Of a stretch of DNA of 64,000 nucleotides, positions 1-10,601 are shown one piece after another. The notes under the pieces were generated by a model. It was not told the DNA's origin, ran no database searches, and saw nothing but the letters and a program-made list of their open reading frames with translations. How positions within the stretch are numbered: position 1 is the stretch's first letter; each line of letters opens with the position of its first letter. The DNA comes from Candidatus Zhuqueibacterota bacterium (lineage in GTDB: Bacteria; Zhuqueibacterota; Zhuqueibacteria; Thermofontimicrobiales; Thermofontimicrobiaceae), in contig JBMOPW010000012.1 of NCBI GenBank assembly GCA_049322915.1, forward strand, positions 1 through 64,000, read 5' to 3'. Both the position numbers and the translations under genes were made by a program.

Positions 1-307
1 CGTCCACTACGCGCATGTCTGATAAAAATATAAGCGCCAAAATTTTGGCTGGTCATTCATATTATTAATTTCACTTTTATGGTGAGAGGAAAATTTCTTC
101 TGAACATGCTGTTTTTCTTGTTGCTGAACGCTGACATCTAAAAGCTGATCGCTTCTTCCAGGTCTGTGAAGAATGACGGATTTGGTCAAACATCGATATT
201 GAGCGTGTCTGATTTGCGCGCTCTGATTCTCCCCCCTTTCATTAAAGTCAGTCACCCGTTTTGATACGTTGCTGAACCTGCCCCCGTTGCTGTAGCGATG
301 CGTAAAA

Positions 308-1435
308 TTATAAAGCCGTCGAAATGCGAAAGATCGACTCTTTAAAAACTTTGAACCGCGATTCTAAATCCTGGGTTTCAACATATTCCAGTTCGCTATG
401 AAGATTGCCTCCGACGGCTGCGAGCCCGCAAACAGCGGGGATTCCCAGTGCCGCAGCGAATGAGGCGTCTGATCCGCCGCCTGACGTCGCCCATTTGACA
501 TCGACTTGAAATTCCCGGCCGACTGCTTCGATGATTTCGCACAATTTCCCGGTCTTCTCCGAGGGAATCATTGGCGGGCGTTTGATACCGCCTTCGATAT
601 GGACTTTTATTCCTTCATTGAACGGATGATCCATCATACTCCGAATTTTTTTATCGATCTCTATTCCGCTTTCCATATCAACGAATCGGGTCTCTACCGA
701 GATTTCCGCCTCCCCTGGCACAGAATTAACTGACAATCCTCCTTTGACGATTCCCGAATTCACATACACCCCTTTTTTGAGATCGCTCAATTCCCTCAGC
801 GACAAAATCCAGTGCGCCAGTTCATTCACCGCATCGATCCCATCCTCGGGATTAACGCCGGAATGAGCGCTTTTTCCCAGGAAACTCAGCTTATAGCGCC
901 CCACTCCTTTCCTCCGATTCACGTAAGCGCCATTGGAACGGGCCGGTTCAGCCGTGATCACCGCTTTGCTTTTCAGTGAAAATTCTTCAATGAGCAGTCG
1001 GGTATTGGGACAACCAATTTCATGTTCGCCATTAAAAAAAACCCCAATGTTCGCGCTCAGTCGATTTTCCTGTTGAAGCTGTTTCAGGGCAAGGTAGGTG
1101 AACAACAGCCCCGATTTCATGTCCGCGACGCCCGGCCCGCGCAACCTCGTGCCGTCGACCGAGAAGGGCCGTCTTTGCGCCTCGTCCGCTGGAAATATAG
1201 TGTCCAGATGGCACAGAATCAGCAGGTCGAATGCGCTGTCCTGCCGGGAAAATGTGATGAAACTGCGGCCGTTTTTCGTCGGCGCAAGATCGAACCATTT
1301 TATCTGCCAGCCCATGTCCGCAAATTTTTCTGCAAACCATTCGCCGACCGTGTTCACGCCTTCCCGGACAAAATAGCCGCTATCGATGTTCACCAAATAC
1401 TCGAGGTCATTATTAAATTCTTGTCTATCTAACAT
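308..1435 (-). CDS. M20 family metallopeptidase (glutamate carboxypeptidase G2-like)
   Basis: Motifs HLDT, GPGVADMKSG, GKSAHSG, GGGSDA and C-terminal H (NLHSELE). The usual EE pair reads GEHEIG. Confidence 0.88.
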   Translation of the reverse strand: MLDRQEFNNDLEYLVNIDSGYFVREGVNTVGEWFAEKFADMGWQIKWFDLAPTKNGRSFITFSRQDSAFDLLILCHLDTIFPADEAQRRPFSVDGTRLRGPGVADMKSGLLFTYLALKQLQQENRLSANIGVFFNGEHEIGCPNTRLLIEEFSLKSKAVITAEPARSNGAYVNRRKGVGRYKLSFLGKSAHSGVNPEDGIDAVNELAHWILSLRELSDLKKGVYVNSGIVKGGLSVNSVPGEAEISVETRFVDMESGIEIDKKIRSMMDHPFNEGIKVHIEGGIKRPPMIPSEKTGKLCEIIEAVGREFQVDVKWATSGGGSDASFAAALGIPAVCGLAAVGGNLHSELEYVETQDLESRFKVFKESIFRISTAL

Positions 1436-1485
1436 GTCCGTTCATGAAATTCCAATAATGCTGCGTTCAATTGAGAAGATCATTT

Positions 1486-2877
1486 TCACCAGAATCCAAG
1501 CAACTTCCACCAGAGACTGCCGACGCCCACCCAGATCAGAATGTTCACAACACTGAGAACAAAACCGAGCGTCCACCATTTTGACATTGGCACATATCCC
1601 GAGCCAAAATAGACAGGCGCCGGACCAGTACCGTAATGTGTTGTTCCGCTGAATAAATTACTGAAAAATGCCAGCACCAGCGCTGAGAGAACCGGGGGCG
1701 CGCCTGTGGAAATTGCCACAGCCAAAAACGGAGCATACATCGAGCTCACGTGCGCTGTGTTGCTGGCAAAAAAATAATGGCTGTAAAAATAAATTAAGAT
1801 TAATCCGATTAATGCCCAGATCCAGTGGGGACTGCCCACGACGTCTTTCATCGAATTGGCGAACCAGGGAATAATTCCCAATTTATTCAGAAACGAAGCC
1901 ATCATGACGAGAGCCGCAAACCAGACCAGCGTGTTCCAGGCGTTCGTTTCCTTGAGAATATCATTCCAGGTAAGTACTTTACATATCAGCAAAATACAGA
2001 GTCCGATCAGGGCGGTTAAGGTGGCATGGAGATGGACATGGCTGCCCAAAATCCACAGGATTAACAACAGAAGAAAAGTCCCCAGCATAATCCATTCGGC
2101 GGATTTCATCGGGCCCAATTCAGCCAATTTTACTTTTGCTTGGCGAGCCGCTGCTGAAGTTTCCTTCAGAGCGGGGGGATAAAGTTTATACAGAATTAAA
2201 GGGATGAGAATTAAGCTGATGAGTCCCGGCAGGGAAGCTGCCAAAGCCCAACTGGCCCAGGTAATGTTGACACCCAGATCTCCTGCCAGTTGTGCGGCCA
2301 ATGGATTTGCCGCCATGGCAGTCAGGAACATGGCGCTTGTGACGTTCTGGCTCTGGAACGATGTTAAAATTAAATAAGCGCCGATACGAGTTGAAGTCAA
2401 ATCGTTGGGATAACTATCGTAGGCGCTGGCAGTTGAACGAATGATTGGAAAAATGATTCCCCCGGTCCGGGCTGTATTGCTGGGAATGGCGGGTGACAAG
2501 ACTAAATCTGTCGCCACAAATCCGTAGGCTAAGCCGAGGCTCTTTTTCCCGAAGGCAGCCATGAACAAATAGGCGATGCGCGTGCCGAGACCAGTTTTTA
2601 TGAATCCCCGGGAAATGAAGAATGCTGTCACGATCAGCCAGATGACGCTGTTGCTGAAACCGCTCAGCGCTTCGTCGATGGTGAGAGTGCCCGTAGCCGC
2701 AGTAAGTACAATTCCCATGAGCGCCACAGCGCCCATGGGCAGGGGCTGCAAAATGATGCCTGCCACTGTCGCCATAAAAATTGCCAGTAAATTCCAGGCT
2801 TCCGGTTCAACTCCGCCTGGAATCGGGCAAAGCCAGATGAAAATTCCCAGGAGGATAGGCAGAAAGTATCGTATCAA
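1486..2877 (-). CDS. DASS family anion permease (2-oxoglutarate/malate translocator, CitT/YflS-like)
   Basis: Highly hydrophobic; motifs PSNTARTGG, FLTAMAANP, YFFASNTAH, THYGTGPAP. Confidence 0.93.
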   Translation of the reverse strand: MIRYFLPILLGIFIWLCPIPGGVEPEAWNLLAIFMATVAGIILQPLPMGAVALMGIVLTAATGTLTIDEALSGFSNSVIWLIVTAFFISRGFIKTGLGTRIAYLFMAAFGKKSLGLAYGFVATDLVLSPAIPSNTARTGGIIFPIIRSTASAYDSYPNDLTSTRIGAYLILTSFQSQNVTSAMFLTAMAANPLAAQLAGDLGVNITWASWALAASLPGLISLILIPLILYKLYPPALKETSAAARQAKVKLAELGPMKSAEWIMLGTFLLLLILWILGSHVHLHATLTALIGLCILLICKVLTWNDILKETNAWNTLVWFAALVMMASFLNKLGIIPWFANSMKDVVGSPHWIWALIGLILIYFYSHYFFASNTAHVSSMYAPFLAVAISTGAPPVLSALVLAFFSNLFSGTTHYGTGPAPVYFGSGYVPMSKWWTLGFVLSVVNILIWVGVGSLWWKLLGFW

Positions 2878-2890
2878 AGTGTACTCACAA

Positions 2891-4285
2891 TCATCGCAAG
2901 ACCACCATTCGTTTCAATCCCCTGAATGGCGCGCACGTCAACTCAACGAAGTACAGGCCGGAGCACACGCTATTTCCTCGCTCATCCGTTCCATTCCAGG
3001 TGATGGAATGAATTCCGGCGTCAAGAATATTCCCTTCGGACAGCGTTTTCACCTGTCTGCCGGTTACATCATAGATTTTTATAAAAACAGATGTTGAATG
3101 AAAAAGTGAAAAATCGATTCTTGTGGCTGAGTTAAACGGATTGGGATAATTCTGATGCAACTCAAAATTCGGAATGTTCTCCGGCAAAGATTTTTCCACA
3201 GCCAGCGTAACCGAGTCGCACGCACCGGAATTAAAAATATATTTGACCCCGCACTTTGAATTGAACATCGCATAATTATCGTGCGCCACACCAGGAACGA
3301 TGACTCTGAAATGCAAATTTGCAATTTCATTGCCATAAAAATGCTTCAGATAATTCACGTAGATAATGCCCCTCTCCAGGCGATACGCGCCCTGAAACAT
3401 CGCTGGTGGAGTATCATCCAATGAAGAATCATTTGGATTGTTGTCCATTTCGCCCAAAAGGTAAATCACATTTTTCTTTTTATATTGCTCGCGAATCTTC
3501 CCTGCGCCGACGCTTTCCATATAGCTATTCAATTTCAGCAGGCCGTATTTGTAATCGTCGTAATCACTGCAAAATGCGATCTGCTGAGGTGTGGGCATGG
3601 CAAATTGATCGGTCGTTCCCGTAATTCGGCGCTCCCCGTTCAGGTAAACATAGGATGAAGGATTGGCAGTAATGTAACGCAATGCAACGCCGTATTCATC
3701 TGTAATCACTGAATCCAAAGGACCGCCGGCCGCGAAACGCTGCACAAACTGTCCGCCGGCAGAATGCCCGACAACGACAATCGTGTCCAGGTTCGAATAC
3801 GTACGCGCCAGGCGAAGCACGATACTGTCGATGACAGCGAACGAACTCATTTTTGCGGGTGCCGGAAAATTGGCGGTGCTCAGGGATAGATCGCCCTGTT
3901 TCCAGCCAGCGTTGGTCCAAAACAAAATATCCGGATCAAGGCTGTAGGCAGTCATATCGCTTTCAATCAAAAACTGTGGCGCCATAATCAGATGAGCGGT
4001 GTTCAAGCTTCGTCCCTTAAAGGCGGCATCGAGCATTGAATTGTAATAATTATCTGCATCTCTGTTCGTCCCGTGAATCACAATTACAGCGTGATGAACG
4101 GATGAGGCATTCGCCCCTAAACTAAAATTTCGATAGTAGGGCAATTTCACGACCGTGGAATCCACTGTAAATGTAAGCCTGGAAGGAGCAACATTGTTCA
4201 CCGGCGTCTGGGCAATCAAACAATCGCAACCCACGACTAATATTATAACGACGTAGAGCCATTGTATAGACTTCATTCTCTTCAC
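2891..4285 (-). CDS. Secreted alpha/beta hydrolase with C-terminal T9SS-type/FlgD-like sorting domain
   Basis: Signal peptide; IHG oxyanion motif; GHSAGG nucleophile elbow; VPGVAH; C-terminal NYPNPFNSAT...IYDVTGRQV...SGLY. Confidence 0.8.
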   Translation of the reverse strand: MKRMKSIQWLYVVIILVVGCDCLIAQTPVNNVAPSRLTFTVDSTVVKLPYYRNFSLGANASSVHHAVIVIHGTNRDADNYYNSMLDAAFKGRSLNTAHLIMAPQFLIESDMTAYSLDPDILFWTNAGWKQGDLSLSTANFPAPAKMSSFAVIDSIVLRLARTYSNLDTIVVVGHSAGGQFVQRFAAGGPLDSVITDEYGVALRYITANPSSYVYLNGERRITGTTDQFAMPTPQQIAFCSDYDDYKYGLLKLNSYMESVGAGKIREQYKKKNVIYLLGEMDNNPNDSSLDDTPPAMFQGAYRLERGIIYVNYLKHFYGNEIANLHFRVIVPGVAHDNYAMFNSKCGVKYIFNSGACDSVTLAVEKSLPENIPNFELHQNYPNPFNSATRIDFSLFHSTSVFIKIYDVTGRQVKTLSEGNILDAGIHSITWNGTDERGNSVCSGLYFVELTCAPFRGLKRMVVLR

Positions 4286-4428
4286 TCTGATCCTTTCACA
4301 AACGATGTCATGTATTCAGCCAATGAACGAATCCTGACTTTGTTTTCGTTCACTTCAAAAAAACTTCGATTATCTCTATTCAATCAATTGAAATCGTTAC
4401 GCAGCCGCATCCGACCTCATCAACATCC

Positions 4429-6285
4429 TCACTGAAGTGGCAGATAACAAACCGTGTTGGTAAGTAAAATCATGATGAAAACGAAACAGGTGACCAATGG
4501 GCCCAGATAGATACGTCCAGTCATTCTAAAAAAATAACGATTAAAATACGGAAGGACGAACATCATCGGAACGACGGCAAAAAGCAAATTCACGTAGAGC
4601 CATCCATCTGTCCAGTAAACAGTTCCGGTGATGAAAAAAGTTAAGTACTGAATAATGACAATGAGCAGGAGTCCGAAGGAGTTGGCTAAACCTGCGATAA
4701 GCATGCTCTTCCATTCCGCCATCCCCTCAATCCGCATGGCGCCATTGACGCGCAGGGAATTGGACACGAAAAAAATAAGGAAAAAAGGCACATACATCAC
4801 AAGCAAAATAATCTCGATCGGCTGGAAGACGCGCACTCCCATAAAAAGGAAACGGTAGTCCACATGAAAAAAGTAGTAGATTGTGAACAGGAATAAATAG
4901 TAAAACAGGAAGATTGTCACAGCGAGCGCGCTAGTTTTCCCCAACTCCGAGCGGCTTATTTTTGCGCCCCACATTTCGCGAAGCACTCCGTGTTTTTTGC
5001 CATGGAAGCGGTAGCTCAGAAAGAACATGAGAAAGCCGAAGAGTCCGTTGAGGACTGCCCACAGCATGACCGCGTTGTTCATCCGCTGAGGGAAGAACCA
5101 TGTTTGTTTGCGCGTGGACGCGGAGATGAAAAGTTTTTGAGACCACTCGGCCATGGGGATATAAGAAAAACAGGCGATTAAGGCCCCAATGACAATGAGA
5201 CTCCAGAAGAGGATTTTCCCGTTGCCGGAGGGCTGCGGCTGTGGTTTCGACATTGGATGAGATAAAGCCTGAAAGAACGGCAACTCAAGCAGAAGCCGGC
5301 CCAATGGTACCAGGGCGATGAACGCCGCAATTAAAGAGATCATGCTCAGGAGCTCTTTCCAGTACCAGATTTGATTGTGACTGGATAAACCGCTCTCGAT
5401 GCCAAATACTTTTTCGAAGTATTCGATCTGGTTGGCGGTTGCCTCTGTAATATATGGCTGAAATGGGTGCAACACTCGCTCGTTGTGCACAACGCGGAGA
5501 GTTCTTTCAGCCGCATCACCATAATAGTGTCTGGTTTTCACTTCCTCAAATCCGGGCGCGCCGGGAGCAAGACTTGAGTTTAAGAGCCGAATGACTTCGG
5601 GAGCGCGACGCACATCTCCGTTTTTCATTTCATTCCGATAGGCCCCCTCGTCAAACAGCGCGTAACTCACTCCCACATTGGAACGAACATCCTGCAAAAC
5701 ATCTTCTGTCAGTGACAACATATAACCGGACACGAACACAGCGAAAAGTTTACTGGGCTTGCCGGTCGTTATGGATTTCTTACCAAAGTAGCTGGCGCCG
5801 CGAATGGCTGCATTTCCTCCAGCGGAATGCCCGGTGGCTCCGATCCTGCTTTTGTCGATGTAATTGAGATTCGGGGTGCTCGACGCGTATTCCACGACAG
5901 CATACATGCCATACCCCTCTGTCGTCGCTGAATTTGTGCTCATCGATGAACTCGAACCGCCCTGAGAATAAGGATCAATGGCAATGACCACAATTCCGCG
6001 ACGTGCAAGCTCCAACGAGATATTGGATAGCGATTCTTTCGATCGCTGGAAACCAGGAACCACGACCACCAAAGGAGCCGGATTATCCTTTGTTGCGCTC
6101 TTTGGTTTGAATAAATCCGCGCTGAGCCATTGCCCATTCTGGGTTGGAATTTTAATGCCATGTACCTGGACTCTGCCCCATGAGCGCTGTATCAATGAAG
6201 CTGAGTAACTCGCCAACAGCGCCACCAGAACCAGGGCGAGTAGATATTTTTTGCTTTTATTCTTTGGGAATTCAGATTCAATCAT
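4429..6285 (-). CDS. Alpha/beta hydrolase domain fused to a multi-pass membrane domain
   Basis: N-terminal TM segment, PGFQ, GHSAGG, then several hydrophobic helices in the C-terminal half. Confidence 0.75.
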   Translation of the reverse strand: MIESEFPKNKSKKYLLALVLVALLASYSASLIQRSWGRVQVHGIKIPTQNGQWLSADLFKPKSATKDNPAPLVVVVPGFQRSKESLSNISLELARRGIVVIAIDPYSQGGSSSSMSTNSATTEGYGMYAVVEYASSTPNLNYIDKSRIGATGHSAGGNAAIRGASYFGKKSITTGKPSKLFAVFVSGYMLSLTEDVLQDVRSNVGVSYALFDEGAYRNEMKNGDVRRAPEVIRLLNSSLAPGAPGFEEVKTRHYYGDAAERTLRVVHNERVLHPFQPYITEATANQIEYFEKVFGIESGLSSHNQIWYWKELLSMISLIAAFIALVPLGRLLLELPFFQALSHPMSKPQPQPSGNGKILFWSLIVIGALIACFSYIPMAEWSQKLFISASTRKQTWFFPQRMNNAVMLWAVLNGLFGFLMFFLSYRFHGKKHGVLREMWGAKISRSELGKTSALAVTIFLFYYLFLFTIYYFFHVDYRFLFMGVRVFQPIEIILLVMYVPFFLIFFVSNSLRVNGAMRIEGMAEWKSMLIAGLANSFGLLLIVIIQYLTFFITGTVYWTDGWLYVNLLFAVVPMMFVLPYFNRYFFRMTGRIYLGPLVTCFVFIMILLTNTVCYLPLQ

Positions 6286-6457
6286 TTTTGTATTCTTTAC
6301 ATTATCTGTGATTGGGCATCAGCATTTCGTCGATGTTTTAGGTTACGGAAAGCACCATACAACGTGAAACGGAAGACGCGAGACAAAAGAATTCGTCGCT
6401 TTTTTAGTTCCAGAAAGCACCATACCTGTTTCTTGAATTTCACGTTAAACCTACTTT

Positions 6458-6490
6458 AAAAAAAGGGCTGCTAATTTTCAGCAGCCCTTT
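6458..6490 (-). terminator. Rho-independent terminator
   Basis: AAAGGGCTGCT/AGCAGCCCTTT stem followed by a T run on the minus strand, just after the 990 aa gene. Confidence 0.8.
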
Positions 6491-6508
6491 ATCGATAGTT
6501 AGCCGATA

Positions 6509-9481
6509 TTACTTTATGAGAATCATCTTCCGTGTTTCACTGTAGCCATCCTGGGTCTGTAACTTGTAATAGTAGATACCCGAGACGCATTGCTGTGCAT
6601 CCCAGACGACCGAATGTCTTCCTGCCGCAACAGTCTGATTACTGATCAATGAGGCAATACGTTGGCCAGTAATGCTGTACACGCTCAGGAAAACGCGTGT
6701 CGTATTCTTCAGATCAAACTGTATGGTTGTTGTCGGATTAAATGGATTCGGATAATTCTGATACAGTGCATATTCCTCAGGCAATTCGATATGACCATTA
6801 TGATCGACACTGGTTATGAACGGTGCATCAATGGTGCTTCCTGGTGATTGGGAATAACCATTTGTTGATGCCTGTGCATGCAAGTCCCACAAACCGGTGA
6901 AATCAGGATTCCGTACGACCGATTGATGAATAGCGCCAGTAATGGATTGCCCACCGACTGTATTCGGAGCCTCCAGTTGCTGGCCAACACTGCTTTTTGC
7001 CGTAGCGCTGCCCCAGAAAACTTCCGCGATGGTATCCTGGGCTGCCGGATTGACCAGAAGAATATTATCGTTGCTGTTCGACAAATTAGATGTACCGTCA
7101 GCGCCGGCAAATCCAGCGTCAGCATCACCGGGAACAGCGGCAAATAATTGCAATTCAGTCGGGAATTGGGCGCCGAATCCATTCGGACCCACGCCTCCAA
7201 ATACAACGGTAAATTCACCCGGATCGAGCATGGTATTTGCCGGGAACGTGAAAAATGCAGTCAGATCACGTTTTAACAGTTGATAGCCGGAGATATCAAC
7301 AGCGGCATTCCCTGAGTTATAGAGTTCCACGAACTCATCACCGCGGACACTACGCACCCCATCACCATTAATATCGCCTTCATTGATATCCGGCGTGTTG
7401 GCGTCATCGCTGGTGACATCAAACATAAATTCATTCAGCACTATCGGTGAAACTTCGCCTATAACAAACGGCGCATCAATGGTGCTTCCCGGTGATTGGT
7501 AATAGCCATTGACCGAAGCCTGCGTATGCAAGTCCCACAAGCCTGTAAATTCAGGATTGCGTGTAACCGACTGGTGAATACTGCCGGAAATAGTCTGTCC
7601 ACCAACAGTATTGGGTGCTTCCAGTTTTTGACCAACACTTGATTTCACCGTGGCAGTGCCCCAGCAAACTTCCGCGATGGTATCCTGGGCTGCCGGATTG
7701 ACCAAAATAATATTATCGTTGCTACCGATTAAATTGGTCGAACCATCGTTACCGGCAAATCCTGAATCGGCCTCCCCTGGTTTCGCGGCGAATAATTGCA
7801 ATTGAGGTGGGAATTGCGGGCCAAATCCATTGGGTCCGACACCACCAAATACAACTGCGAATTCACCCGGATCCAGCATCGTATTTGCTGGGAAAGTGAA
7901 AAATACAGCCAGGTCACGTTTTAGCAGTTGGTACCCTGAGATATCAACCGCAGCATCACCGGTATTATACAACTCCACAAACTCGTCCCCGCGGACACTA
8001 CGCACGCCATCACCATTCATATCGCCTTCATTGATATCCGGCGTGTTCGCGTCGTCATTGGTGACATCATACATAAATTCGTTAATAATAATGGGTGAAG
8101 AAGCGCCGCTCATCAAACTGGCCAGATCAACCTTCTGATAGTAATAATTGATTTTATCGACGCCCACCGTATCAGTAACGCAATAGACCACATGCAGAGC
8201 ACCGTCGGCATCGCGCGCGACATCGACAAATTCATCAGCATTGAACTCGGAGTCATGGAGTACTTGAACCGGATCGGACCAGGCGCCCCCATTATCCATT
8301 GAATAAACTGTAAACAATTCGTATTTGTAAATACCACCGGTTGTATCGACCACATCGATATAACTATAGAAGATCGTACCGTCACTGTTCAGAGTCGGCG
8401 CATTGAGCGGGGCGGTATCGTCATCAACGGGCGGCGTTCCCATGGCGACCAGACCATTTTCAATCAACTGAGGTTCGACAAACCGTTTTGAAGTCCATTC
8501 ACTCCCATTCCAGATAAAATCGTAAGCGCCAAAGCTATAACCATTGCTGGCAAGGGCAAATAAGTGAAAATTACCTTCATTGTCCCGTAAAAGATTCCAC
8601 CCTCGATCCACAACGTTCCAATCGACATCGATTGTTTCAGTGCCTGGCACGATGTTCAATTGGCTCCAGGTTTTCCCGGTATCTTCTGAAATTGTATACC
8701 ACAGATGTTCAGCGCCCTGGAAATCAAAATCCCATTGCCCTGTACCTGCAACCATAATATAACCGTTCGGCCCGAAGCAAATATCGGCCGGGTTAGTTGT
8801 TAAATCAGCGATGTAATTGGGCAGCAAACTGTCGGCTTTATTTGCGGTGGCCACTATTATCCGATCACTCCATTTCTGACCGCCGTCCACCGAAACAAAG
8901 AGCTGCTGGTATTCACCACCTGGTTGTGAGCTACCATGATGTGAGAAGACCGCCCACAGATTCGGATCAAAAGGAGAAATATCCATGGTCGGTATATAAG
9001 AATCAAGCACATCGTCCGCTGTGCCGGAAACCCCAACCTGTGTAGCGGAATATGCGCCGCCTCCCCAGCCGAAATCATCTTTTGAATACAATACTTTATA
9101 GCGGGTCCAGGGTTCTCCTGTTGTCGCAGCATCGCGCCTGTCAAACAATATAACCGGAGACTCAGTGTAGCCGCTCACCGAAGGATTACGTACCTGGGGA
9201 CTGGCCGCTGTGTTGACCACTTCGCTGGTCTGCCAGCTTGCTCCTCCGTCCAGGGAAACCATGGAATAGATCACTGCATAGTCGATGATGCTACATGCAA
9301 CCAGATAATTTTGGCTCCCCTCAAAAAAAATACTGTTTGTGCCACCGTACTTTGCGCCTGAGAAAGTAGATGGATTTTCGTACTGCCCAAGCAGCACCCT
9401 TTCCTGCGCGAATACCAGGCCGGGAAGAACTACACAAAACAATACTGCGATGAAAATGTGTCGCATTTTGTTCATGTTCAA
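6509..9481 (-). CDS. Secreted protein: BNR/Asp-box (sialidase-like propeller) region, two lamin-tail (LTD) domains and a T9SS-type C-terminal domain
   Basis: Signal peptide; Asp-boxes SLDGGASW, SVDGGQKW, SEDTGKTW, SMDNGGAW; two INEF...DEFVELYN...DISGY LTD units; C-terminal NYPNPFNPTT. Confidence 0.8.
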   Translation of the reverse strand: MNMNKMRHIFIAVLFCVVLPGLVFAQERVLLGQYENPSTFSGAKYGGTNSIFFEGSQNYLVACSIIDYAVIYSMVSLDGGASWQTSEVVNTAASPQVRNPSVSGYTESPVILFDRRDAATTGEPWTRYKVLYSKDDFGWGGGAYSATQVGVSGTADDVLDSYIPTMDISPFDPNLWAVFSHHGSSQPGGEYQQLFVSVDGGQKWSDRIIVATANKADSLLPNYIADLTTNPADICFGPNGYIMVAGTGQWDFDFQGAEHLWYTISEDTGKTWSQLNIVPGTETIDVDWNVVDRGWNLLRDNEGNFHLFALASNGYSFGAYDFIWNGSEWTSKRFVEPQLIENGLVAMGTPPVDDDTAPLNAPTLNSDGTIFYSYIDVVDTTGGIYKYELFTVYSMDNGGAWSDPVQVLHDSEFNADEFVDVARDADGALHVVYCVTDTVGVDKINYYYQKVDLASLMSGASSPIIINEFMYDVTNDDANTPDINEGDMNGDGVRSVRGDEFVELYNTGDAAVDISGYQLLKRDLAVFFTFPANTMLDPGEFAVVFGGVGPNGFGPQFPPQLQLFAAKPGEADSGFAGNDGSTNLIGSNDNIILVNPAAQDTIAEVCWGTATVKSSVGQKLEAPNTVGGQTISGSIHQSVTRNPEFTGLWDLHTQASVNGYYQSPGSTIDAPFVIGEVSPIVLNEFMFDVTSDDANTPDINEGDINGDGVRSVRGDEFVELYNSGNAAVDISGYQLLKRDLTAFFTFPANTMLDPGEFTVVFGGVGPNGFGAQFPTELQLFAAVPGDADAGFAGADGTSNLSNSNDNILLVNPAAQDTIAEVFWGSATAKSSVGQQLEAPNTVGGQSITGAIHQSVVRNPDFTGLWDLHAQASTNGYSQSPGSTIDAPFITSVDHNGHIELPEEYALYQNYPNPFNPTTTIQFDLKNTTRVFLSVYSITGQRIASLISNQTVAAGRHSVVWDAQQCVSGIYYYKLQTQDGYSETRKMILIK
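6818..8098 (-). repeat. Intragenic tandem duplication of an LTD module (7466-8098 and 6818-7450; period 648 bp)
   Basis: Two highly similar units of about 211 aa, visible at both protein and DNA level. Confidence 0.92.
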
Positions 9482-9541
9482 ACCTCCATAAAATGGTTAA
9501 TGATTTTTTATTTCAGTAAATTAGCTATCACAGCAAGAATG

Positions 9542-10576
9542 TTAAAAAGTGAATCCAATACTGACTTGTTGAATATCCTGGAAAACGCCGAAGTCAGCGT
9601 AAGCATAGTCGATACTGAGCTCGATATTATTACCCATGTCCAGATTAAAACCGGCCCCGACGGTCAACCCCTGTTCATCTGTGCCTCCTTTGTATCCCGT
9701 CCGCGCAAAAAGCATGTGTCGATATGAATATTCCAATCCAAAGGAATAATGTTCCGGATTGTCACTGGGATGCAGCGCGTCAACCGCAAAAACCATTTGA
9801 TTATTCCCGCCGGATCCGATCATGGACGATTCTTCATTTCCAAACAGATCGATGGAAAGAGAAACGCGGTAACTTGTTGGAATAGGCCAGGTGGATGTTT
9901 TCAGCCCGACCTGCACGTTTGGATCTGCGTTATTCTCCGGCCATTTGTCAAAAGATCGAATGAGGTTGTCGCCACCCATTTGCATTTCTGGTCCGAAATT
10001 ATTGAGGGTCATGCCAAGTTTGACGCCCCGGAAGCCGGTGTTCAATAAAAATCCGATGTCAAAGGCGAAGGTCTCAGCGGACAAATCCCACAGCTTTTGT
10101 TGAATATATTTAGCCGTGAATCCAACACTGACAAAATCGGTCATAAATCGTGCATAGGAAAAACCGAGGGCAATATCCGAAGCTTCCATGAATGTTCCGG
10201 TGCCCTGCGGATTCAAGATTGTCGTCTGTTCAATTTTATCGCTGTTCAATGTCGTCACACTCAAACCAAAATTTCCGAACCCCCCGGCAGGAATGACAAT
10301 ACCGGTGTAACTATGTTTCAGATCTGCAATCCAGTTTGTGTACGCCATTGAGGTGGAAATGGAATTGATCTGGGCTATTCCGGCGACATTCCAGTACATT
10401 GCAAATGGATCATTGGCCCGGGATGTATAGCAGCCTCCCATTCCAATCGTACGCGGTCCGGATTCAATTTTTAAAAATTGAGCCGTAGTGCTTCCCACTT
10501 TGTTAAAGGAAAATGACTCATCAATGATTCCTGCAACAAAGATCATCAACACGATACTCAACAATTTAATTTTCAT
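9542..10576 (-). CDS. PorV/PorQ family (UPF0164-like) outer-membrane beta-barrel protein
   Basis: Signal peptide; AQFLKI..GPR.IGMG, YWNVAG, DIG, DYAY; terminal Phe (IGFTF). Confidence 0.82.
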   Translation of the reverse strand: MKIKLLSIVLMIFVAGIIDESFSFNKVGSTTAQFLKIESGPRTIGMGGCYTSRANDPFAMYWNVAGIAQINSISTSMAYTNWIADLKHSYTGIVIPAGGFGNFGLSVTTLNSDKIEQTTILNPQGTGTFMEASDIALGFSYARFMTDFVSVGFTAKYIQQKLWDLSAETFAFDIGFLLNTGFRGVKLGMTLNNFGPEMQMGGDNLIRSFDKWPENNADPNVQVGLKTSTWPIPTSYRVSLSIDLFGNEESSMIGSGGNNQMVFAVDALHPSDNPEHYSFGLEYSYRHMLFARTGYKGGTDEQGLTVGAGFNLDMGNNIELSIDYAYADFGVFQDIQQVSIGFTF

Positions 10577-10601
10577 TTTAGCACTCCGCTATAAAGTCCG
10601 G

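Noticed and set aside
7..255. 82 aa ORF at the window start
   Set aside because: No recognisable motif or convincing RBS; cannot be supported
6348..6425. 13-bp direct repeat GAAAGCACCATAC (6348 and 6413)
   Set aside because: Only two short copies; not a CRISPR array and no function can be supported
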